Of a DNA stretch of 64,000 bases, positions 49,130 to 55,972 are shown piece by piece (positions within the stretch are counted from its first letter, which is position 1; each line of letters starts with the position of its first letter). The DNA is from Nostoc sp. (lineage in GTDB: Bacteria > Cyanobacteriota > Cyanobacteriia > Cyanobacteriales > Nostocaceae). Under the pieces are notes generated by a model that saw only the letters and a program-made list of their open reading frames with translations, searched no databases and was not told the origin of the DNA. A program made the position numbers and the translations under genes. The stretch spans positions 64,001 to 128,000 of the forward strand of contig JBALDB010000039.1 of NCBI GenBank assembly GCA_036918135.1, given 5' to 3'.

Positions 49130-52100
49130 ATGGCATCGGAATGGGCGGCTATTGTTATTGGAATTAATTATTACCCAGAGTACACTACCTTAAAGCCGCT
49201 AACAGCAGCAGCAGAGGATGCTGAGAAAATTGCCAAACAATTAGAACAATACAGTTATAGACCTTTTCGCGCTCAGTGTTTACCTAGAACTTTAAACCCC
49301 AAGGGAGAAAGTAAAATTGACCGTCAAGGGGCAGTAAAGGTGCAAGAATTGAGAGAAGCGATCGCTAATCTTTTCAATCCTCCTCCTCCTAACCCCATCC
49401 CAGAAACAGCTTTATTCTTCTTTTCAGGACATGGCTGGTGCAAAACTGTGGCGGGTAAGGAAGAAGTGTTTCTAGCTACCAGTGATGCCCTACCTGAAGC
49501 AGAAATTTATGGTATACCCTTAAGTTGGTTGGGAGAGCAGTTGCAAATAAGTCCAGTTAAACGAGTCGTTGTTTGGCTAGATTGCTGCTATAGCGGTGAA
49601 TTGTTAAAATTTATTCCCACAAATAAAGACTACTGTTTAATTACTGCAACCCGTTCCTACGAAACTGGAGTCGAAATTCCCCATACGCAGGGGTTGTTGA
49701 CGGAGGCGTTACTTGCAGGATTGAATCCTGAAAATGACGCAGATGGGATTATCAATAGCCACAAATTGGCAGATTTCATTATCAGCCGAATGTCGAATAC
49801 AGTCCAGCGTCCGTTAATTGCCAATTCCACACGAGCAATTTTGCTGAGTACTAAGTTTTCGCAAAAAAGCTTTCAGGATAAGTGTCCTTATCGTTCCCTG
49901 TCATATTTTACCGAAACAAAGGAAGACGCTGAGGTTTTTTATGGGCGGAGTGCGCTAACTCAGGAGTTGATTCAACAGGTAAGAGAACAGCATCGCCTAA
50001 TTGCCGTATTAGGAGCTTCCGGTAGTGGAAAATCATCTATGTTACGGGCTGGGTTACTCTACCAGCTGAAGCTAGGGCAAGAGATTCCAGGGAGCGATCG
50101 CTGGACTTATATTACTCCCTTTACGCCTAAAGAATCTCCTGTTAACAGTTTACAGGAAGCTTTTTCACTTTCCTTGCCAAGCTACGGTGTGCAGACAAGT
50201 CAAATTACCCCCCTTAATCCCACGCCACTTGCTACAACGGATAGCGCAGCGTTAGCGAGTACTCGAGCGTCGGGAACCTCCGCAACGCAGTGGCTCCCCT
50301 TGGAAAGGGGGGAAACCAGAAAATCTAATTCCCTCTCCCCTAGCTTTGTGCCAATATCTACTGTGCAATTGGAAAGGGGGGAAACCAGAAAATCTAACTC
50401 CCTCCCCTTTACAGGGGGAGGGTTGGGGAGGGGTAATCTTGCCCATGTCATCGGCGAGCAGTTAAAAGCATTAAACACACCAGTAATTTTGATTATCGAC
50501 CAGTTTGAAGAATGCTTTACTATGTGCGATGACAGCCAGCGCCAAGAATTCTTTGACTGTTTGCGGGAATTAATTGACTGTATAGATAACCTCTATATTT
50601 TCATTGGGATGCGATCGGATTTTCGGGCGAGATGGCGAGAATATCCCAAATTTGCTGGCAGAATCCATAAACCTTACATCAACATCGAACACTTAACCCG
50701 TGATGAAATTGCAGAAGCGATTACTAAACCGGCTGATTGGGTAGGATTAGGCATAGAGGGAAGGTTAGAACAGCAACTAATTAATGATGTTGAGGATTAC
50801 CCCGGAAGTTTGCCTTTGCTGCAATATACGTTGACAGAATTGTGGCATGAATCGAGAAATCAAGGTGATGAACTTCTCAGCCTGAAAACTTATCAGGATT
50901 TAGGCGGGGTGGAAGGAACGCTACAAAAACGCGCTGATGCAATTTACGACAGTCTTTTACTAACAGAAAAAACTGTGGCGCGGCGGATTTTTCTGGAATT
51001 GACGCAAATGGGAGAAACCACAGATGTACGGCGACGCGTGCGTTTGGGCGAATTGGTTAATTCCCATCATTCCTTGGAACTTTTGCAACAGGTGAGCGAG
51101 AAGTTAGCGGATAAAGATGCACGATTAATTACAAAGACGGATGAACCGGATTCCCAGGATGTAATTTTAGATGTTGTCCATGAAGCCTTAATCCGCCACT
51201 GGCAAATGTTGCGGGATTGGAAAGAGGAATATAAGGTGGGAATAGCCATTGAGCGACAGATTGAAGCAGAAGCCCAAGAATGGGAGAGGAATGATAAAAA
51301 GCCAGGGTTTCTCAGAAAAGATGAGAGATTAGCAGTAGCAGAAGCATATTTAACTAGATTTGGCGATTGGCAAATGCTAAATGGAGTAGCCGAGGAGTAC
51401 ATTCAGGAAAGTCAAGAACTGCGAAATCGCTTGGTTCAAGAAGAGAAAGAACGCCAACAAGAAAAGTTGGCAGCAGCACGGCGGCAAAACCGAGTCGTTA
51501 TCTTGTTTAGCATCGGGTTAGCTGGAGTAGCTATCTTTGCGGGTTATCAATGGTATAACGCTCAAAACAAAGCCAAGGAAGCAACAGAACAAAGTGCGAT
51601 CGCTCTGGCGCAACAAAGTTCTGAATCTTCGCTAATATCTAACAAGCAAATTGAGGCTTTAATTGCAGCTACACAGTCAAATAGACAACTTTCAGGTAGA
51701 ACACTTAGGAAAGATGTCAATTTAGAACAAACGGCTAACCAGCAAGCTGTAGTCGCACTAAGGCAAGCAATTTACAATATGCAAGAGCAGAATCGCTTGG
51801 AAGGGCATAGCAATTATATCTATAGCGTAAGATTCAGCCCCGATGGCAAGACCATCGCTTCTGCTAGTGCTGACAATACCGTTAAACTCTGGAATGCGGT
51901 TACAGGTAAAGAAATTACTACCCTCAAAGGGCATAGCAATTTTGTTGGTGGCGTAGCATTCAGCCCCGATGGCAAGACCATCGCTTCTGCTAGTGCTGAC
52001 AATACCGTCAAACTCTGGAATACGGCTACAGGTAAAGAAATTACTACCCTTAAAGGGCATAGCAATTTTGTCTATAGCGTAGCATTCAGCCCTGATGGCA

Positions 52101-53692
52101 AGACCATCGCTTCTGCTGGTGTTGACAAAACCGTCAAACTCTGGAATGCGGCTACAGGTAAAGAAATTACTACCCTCAAAGGGCATAGCAATGAAGTCAA
52201 TAGTGTAGCATTCAGCCCCGATGGCAAGACGATCGCTTCTGCTAGTGCTGACAAAACCGTCAAACTCTGGAATGCGGCTACAGGTAAAGAAATTACCACC
52301 CTCAAAGGGCATAGCAATCGGGTCACTAGCGTAGCATTCAGCCCTGATGGCAAGACCATCGCTTCTGCTAGTGCTGACAAAACCGTCAAACTCTGGAATG
52401 CGGCTTCAGCCAAGGAAATTACTACCCTCAAAGGGCATAGCAATCGGGTCACTAGCGTAGCATTCAGCCCCGATGGCAAGACCATCGCTTCTGCTAGTAC
52501 TGACAATAGTGTCAAACTCTGGAATGCCGCTACAGCCAAGGAAATTACTACCCTCAAAGGGCATAGCAATTATGTTTATAGCGTAGCATTCAGCCCCGAT
52601 GGCAAGACCATCGCTTCTGCTAGTGCTGACAGAACCGTCAAACTCTGGAATGCAGCTACAGCCAAGGAAATTACTACCTTCAAAGGGCATAGCAATTGGG
52701 TCACTACCGTAGCATTTAGCCCCGATGGCAAGACCATCGCTTCTGCTAGTGCTGACAATACCGTCAAACTCTGGAATGCAGCTTCAGCCAAGGAAATTAC
52801 CACCCTCAACGGCCATAGCGATCGGGTCACTAGCGTAGCATTCAGCCCCGATGGCAAGACCATCGCTTCTGCTAGTACTGACAATAGTGTCAAACTTTGG
52901 AGTACGGCTACAGCTAAGGAAATCATCACCCTTAACGGGCATAGCAATGAAGTCAATAGCGTAGCATTCAGCCCCGATGGCAAGACCATCGCTTCTGCTA
53001 GTGCTGACAAAACCGTCAAACTCTGGAATGCGGCTACAGCTAAGGAAATCATCACCCTCAACGGGCATAGTAATTCGGTTACTAGCGTAGCATTCAGCCC
53101 TGATGGCAAGACCATCGCTTCTGCTAGTGCTGACAATACCATCAAACTCTGGAATGCGGCTACAGCCAATGAAATTACTACCCTCAAAGGGCATAGCAAT
53201 TTTGTCGCTAGCGTAGCATTCAGCCCTGATGGCAAGACTATCGCTTCTGCTAGTGCTGACAATACTGTCAAACTCTGGAATGCGGCTACAGCCAGGGAAA
53301 TTACTACCTTCAAAGGGCATAGCAATGAGGTCACTAGCGTAGCATTCAGCCCTGATGGCAAGACCATCGCTTCTGCTAGTGCTGACAATACCATCAAACT
53401 CTGGAATGCGGCTACAGCTAAAGAAATCATCACCCTCAACGGGCATAGCAATTGGGTCACTAGCGTAGCATTCAGCCCTGATGGCAAGACCATCGCTTCT
53501 GCTAGTGCTGACAAAACCGTCAAACTCTGGAATATATACCCAAATCGCCTTAAGAATTTAATAATTTCTGGTAGTCTCAACGATCTGATGATCTACAGTT
53601 GCAACAGGCTACATGTTTATTTACAGTCAAATCCCAATGTGAGCGATAGCGATCGCACTACCTGCGATGGCATTCCTACTAAAAGCAATTAG
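49130..53692 (+). CDS. orthocaspase (peptidase C14)-STAND NTPase-TM-WD40 NLR-like protein
   Basis: AIVIGINYY; FFFSGHG and WLDCCYSG dyad; CPYRSL, GASGSGKSS, IDQFEE, PGSLPLLQY and VHEALI; one TM helix; 14 WD40 repeats. Likely ATG at 49130. Confidence 0.93.
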   Translation: MASEWAAIVIGINYYPEYTTLKPLTAAAEDAEKIAKQLEQYSYRPFRAQCLPRTLNPKGESKIDRQGAVKVQELREAIANLFNPPPPNPIPETALFFFSGHGWCKTVAGKEEVFLATSDALPEAEIYGIPLSWLGEQLQISPVKRVVVWLDCCYSGELLKFIPTNKDYCLITATRSYETGVEIPHTQGLLTEALLAGLNPENDADGIINSHKLADFIISRMSNTVQRPLIANSTRAILLSTKFSQKSFQDKCPYRSLSYFTETKEDAEVFYGRSALTQELIQQVREQHRLIAVLGASGSGKSSMLRAGLLYQLKLGQEIPGSDRWTYITPFTPKESPVNSLQEAFSLSLPSYGVQTSQITPLNPTPLATTDSAALASTRASGTSATQWLPLERGETRKSNSLSPSFVPISTVQLERGETRKSNSLPFTGGGLGRGNLAHVIGEQLKALNTPVILIIDQFEECFTMCDDSQRQEFFDCLRELIDCIDNLYIFIGMRSDFRARWREYPKFAGRIHKPYINIEHLTRDEIAEAITKPADWVGLGIEGRLEQQLINDVEDYPGSLPLLQYTLTELWHESRNQGDELLSLKTYQDLGGVEGTLQKRADAIYDSLLLTEKTVARRIFLELTQMGETTDVRRRVRLGELVNSHHSLELLQQVSEKLADKDARLITKTDEPDSQDVILDVVHEALIRHWQMLRDWKEEYKVGIAIERQIEAEAQEWERNDKKPGFLRKDERLAVAEAYLTRFGDWQMLNGVAEEYIQESQELRNRLVQEEKERQQEKLAAARRQNRVVILFSIGLAGVAIFAGYQWYNAQNKAKEATEQSAIALAQQSSESSLISNKQIEALIAATQSNRQLSGRTLRKDVNLEQTANQQAVVALRQAIYNMQEQNRLEGHSNYIYSVRFSPDGKTIASASADNTVKLWNAVTGKEITTLKGHSNFVGGVAFSPDGKTIASASADNTVKLWNTATGKEITTLKGHSNFVYSVAFSPDGKTIASAGVDKTVKLWNAATGKEITTLKGHSNEVNSVAFSPDGKTIASASADKTVKLWNAATGKEITTLKGHSNRVTSVAFSPDGKTIASASADKTVKLWNAASAKEITTLKGHSNRVTSVAFSPDGKTIASASTDNSVKLWNAATAKEITTLKGHSNYVYSVAFSPDGKTIASASADRTVKLWNAATAKEITTFKGHSNWVTTVAFSPDGKTIASASADNTVKLWNAASAKEITTLNGHSDRVTSVAFSPDGKTIASASTDNSVKLWSTATAKEIITLNGHSNEVNSVAFSPDGKTIASASADKTVKLWNAATAKEIITLNGHSNSVTSVAFSPDGKTIASASADNTIKLWNAATANEITTLKGHSNFVASVAFSPDGKTIASASADNTVKLWNAATAREITTFKGHSNEVTSVAFSPDGKTIASASADNTIKLWNAATAKEIITLNGHSNWVTSVAFSPDGKTIASASADKTVKLWNIYPNRLKNLIISGSLNDLMIYSCNRLHVYLQSNPNVSDSDRTTCDGIPTKSN
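50183..50436 (+). mobile_element. nested repeat/MITE-derived in-frame insertion inside the STAND domain
   Basis: CCCCCTTAATCCC...GGAAAGGGGGGAAA...GGGTTGGGGAGGGGT element with inner ACGCCACTTG...GCAGTGGCT and AGCGCAGCGTTAGCGAG..GAGCGTC inserts and a ~36-bp duplication. Confidence 0.8.
51797..53533 (+). repeat. 14 x 126-bp near-identical WD40 repeats
   Basis: GHS.xVx.VAFSPDGKTIASA..D.T.KLWN unit repeated 14 times. Confidence 0.97.
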
Positions 53693-53867
53693 CTTTGCAG
53701 CCAGAAATCAATTACTGCTACTGCGATGCCTGTGGCGGGCGTAGCCATCGCACTTTCGGGAAACTTGCGGGGCGATGTACTTCTTAAAACAGGCGATCGT
53801 TTCACTGGTCTTCGTGGCTGTTCCCTGAGCGAAGTTGTTCGCGCAGCGTCCCGTAGGGAAGGGAGCA

Positions 53868-54050
53868 TTCGTGCAAGCTGCAACAACTTCTGCTTTCACG
53901 TTTGCGTGTTTCGCGCAAGCTGTAGCAACTTCCGCTTTCCTTACAGCAACTTCCGCTTTCACGTTTGCGTGTTTCGCGCAAGCTGTAGCAACTTCTGCTT
54001 TCCTTGCAGCAACTTCCGCTTTCACGTTTGCGTGTTTCGCGCAAGCTGTA
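53868..54050. repeat. 63-bp tandem repeat (3 copies) built from 21-bp subunits
   Basis: CACGTTTGCGTGTTTCGCGCAAGCTGTA occurs at 53897, 53960 and 54023. Confidence 0.92.
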
Positions 54051-54078
54051 ATATCAAGCAACTAACCTCAATGCAATT

Positions 54079-54303
54079 GTGCAATCAAACCAAGGCTATC
54101 TAGAGACTCGATATCGCCAAAGTTATCGTATTTTGATTGATGCCTTAATTACAGCACTAGCTGATAGTTCAGTGTCCTCTACGGGCAATTATGCTGTTTT
54201 CCTAATTCTCTATGACAATTTTGCTCGGAATAATCCAGGATTTGATACTAATTTAGACCTTGGTCGGCTCAAAACAATATTTACAAAATTAGAAGCTTCT
54301 TAA
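54079..54303 (+). pseudogene. possible 3' gene remnant (hypothetical)
   Basis: 74-aa ORF with a GTG start and protein-like composition, directly after the repeat array. Confidence 0.35.
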
Positions 54304-54383
54304 TCACTAAACACATCAAAAAAAACAGCACTTATCGAATCAATAAGTACTGTACTCTCTAAAGACATAAAATACAAAGTTAT

Positions 54384-54776
54384 TCAAAAAGCAGAACGAA
54401 AATCGCCTGTATCACCCTGCCGAGTATTTTTTGAAATAATTGCATCAGCAAAACCACCTGTTAAACCTCTTTGAGTTGTAGATATACTTAAATTACATGA
54501 ACTGTTATTACGTACCGAGCGACCAATTCCATTTAATGTTCCAGTCAATCTACATGACTCAATTAGATTTCCTAACGCTCCAACACTCACAGTGGTCAAA
54601 GCAGTAAAAACAGTACGATTACCTGCGAAATTACGCTCACTCCATATGCAAGCACTATTCACAGGACAATCGGGTACAGTTTGGGCTTGAACCACATTGG
54701 ATCTTATCCAGCTAGGAATTATAAGACTTACAGAAATTCCCACAATTACAGCGAAAACTATGATTAATTTTTTCAT
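54384..54776 (-). CDS. secreted peptidase-inhibitor I36 / beta-gamma-crystallin-like protein
   Basis: Signal peptide (VQA); DCPVNSACIWSERNFAG and RSVRNNS motifs typical of the I36 family. Confidence 0.7.
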   Translation of the reverse strand: MKKLIIVFAVIVGISVSLIIPSWIRSNVVQAQTVPDCPVNSACIWSERNFAGNRTVFTALTTVSVGALGNLIESCRLTGTLNGIGRSVRNNSSCNLSISTTQRGLTGGFADAIISKNTRQGDTGDFRSAF

Positions 54777-54788
54777 TGATTTTTACTA

Positions 54789-55007
54789 TTATGAATTCTG
54801 TATTTTTTGAACTAATTGTCTGAACTGTTCAAAGGTAAAGGTATCGTTTGGTTGTATATCCCCCCATCCTTTGCCATTTGTAAATGCATCCTTTTCACCT
54901 TGCCCAAATAAGTCTAAAGATAAAATATCATCGCCGGATATTTTTCCATCTCCATCGCTATCTAGCCGATCAAAATAGTCTTTGAGTCCATCTAGATTTG
55001 TTCCCAT
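54789..55007 (-). CDS. small EF-hand protein (CSE-like), copy A
   Basis: FDRLDSDGDGKISGDDIL EF loop; degenerate second hand ending TFTFEQFRQLV. Confidence 0.8.
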   Translation of the reverse strand: MGTNLDGLKDYFDRLDSDGDGKISGDDILSLDLFGQGEKDAFTNGKGWGDIQPNDTFTFEQFRQLVQKIQNS

Positions 55008-55033
55008 AAGATTCTTTAGTTAATTATTCAAAA

Positions 55034-55073
55034 ACCATGTATTAACAGCATATTATGAATTTGACACTTAACT
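55034..55073 (-). promoter_or_regulatory. conserved upstream block of EF-hand gene A
   Basis: 39/40 identical to 55584-55623, with the same 26-bp spacing to the ATG; contains CATAAT/TAATAT -10-like hexamers. Confidence 0.7.
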
Positions 55074-55240
55074 CAAGAAAAATTCCTATACAATCCACAA
55101 CAATCAGCCGTTAAGCCCCTAGTCGCCTTTACTGGGGGCTTCTCTGTTCTGTCCCCCAAGCACGACGACCGCCCCCAGGATTGCCCTAGAGTGCCCTAAA
55201 GTAACCAAATAATCTAATCATTTACAACCTAAAACTAAAT

Positions 55241-55293
55241 CAAAAACAAAACCAGCCAACAATTTAAACTAAAAAAGTCACTTGCTGGCTGGT
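55241..55293 (-). terminator. intrinsic terminator after EF-hand gene B
   Basis: Minus strand ACCAGCCAGCAA-loop-TTGTTGGCTGGT-TTTGTTTTT. Confidence 0.6.
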
Positions 55294-55320
55294 CATTAAA
55301 TTAGCTTTAATTCGCTACTG

Positions 55321-55557
55321 TTATGAATTACGTCGTTCTAGAACTAATTGTTTAAGCTGTTCAAGGGTATATGTCTTACCAGGTTCTAAATTGCCTAACC
55401 CTTTGCCATTTGTCAAAATACTCACATGTGATCCCTGAATCACATCACGTTCCGCATACATTAACTCAGTCCCAGATATTTTTCCATCTCCATCTAAATC
55501 CGATCCTTGAAAAAGTAGTTGAAATAATCCTGTTTCAACTTCATTAAATTCTGACAT
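55321..55557 (-). CDS. small EF-hand protein (CSE-like), copy B
   Basis: DLDGDGKISGTE canonical EF loop; shares TNGKG and T.T.EQ..QLV....NS with copy A. Confidence 0.8.
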   Translation of the reverse strand: MSEFNEVETGLFQLLFQGSDLDGDGKISGTELMYAERDVIQGSHVSILTNGKGLGNLEPGKTYTLEQLKQLVLERRNS

Positions 55558-55583
55558 AATGTCCTTTAATTAAGTATTTGATG

Positions 55584-55623
55584 ACCATGTATTGACAGCA
55601 TATTATGAATTTGACACTTAACT
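55584..55623 (-). promoter_or_regulatory. conserved upstream block of EF-hand gene B
   Basis: ACCATGTATTGACAGCATATTATGAATTTGACACTTAACT, duplicated at 55034-55073. Confidence 0.7.
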
Positions 55624-55701
55624 AAAAAATTATTGCCCATAGCGCAAGAGTACCCCCAGCCAACGACGATCGCCCCCAGGATTGCCCAATAATGCCCAAT
55701 C

Positions 55702-55730
55702 AAGCCACTAGCTCACCACACTAGTGGCTT
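55702..55730. terminator. perfect 10-bp hairpin, possible terminator downstream of the ABC exporter
   Basis: AAGCCACTAG-N9-CTAGTGGCTT. Confidence 0.45.
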
Positions 55731-55972
55731 TTGCCATTACAGCCCTACTGCCACCCTCTAGAGCCGCTATTGACCCGTTGATGATATAACAACTTCTGCT
55801 ACGGAAATTATAAATGATTAGCCGAACATGGTATCACCGCCGTAAGTAGCTGCAATCAAATACTTCAATTAATGCGATCGCAGCAAAATATATGTTGCGG
55901 TTTGCTGCTTTGTCAATTGTTAACTGAAAGTGTTTAGTTTGCACTTGATGACAACTTCGCCAGTGTGCCTAC

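Noticed and set aside
50183..50436. Intein or self-splicing intron
   Set aside because: No Cys/Ser...His-Asn intein ends or group I/II hallmarks; composed of dispersed-repeat sequence.
51797..53533. Diversity-generating retroelement target
   Set aside because: No reverse transcriptase or separate template repeat in the window; the variation fits repeat shuffling.
51758..53580. Long antisense ORFs (up to 334 aa)
   Set aside because: Shadows of the WD40 repeat codons.
53868..54050. Mini CRISPR array
   Set aside because: The segments between the 28-bp repeats are near-identical to each other, so this is a tandem repeat.
54789..55557. RiPP/bacteriocin precursors for the NHLP transporter
   Set aside because: No NHLP/Nif11 leader or double-glycine cleavage motif; EF-hand loops instead.
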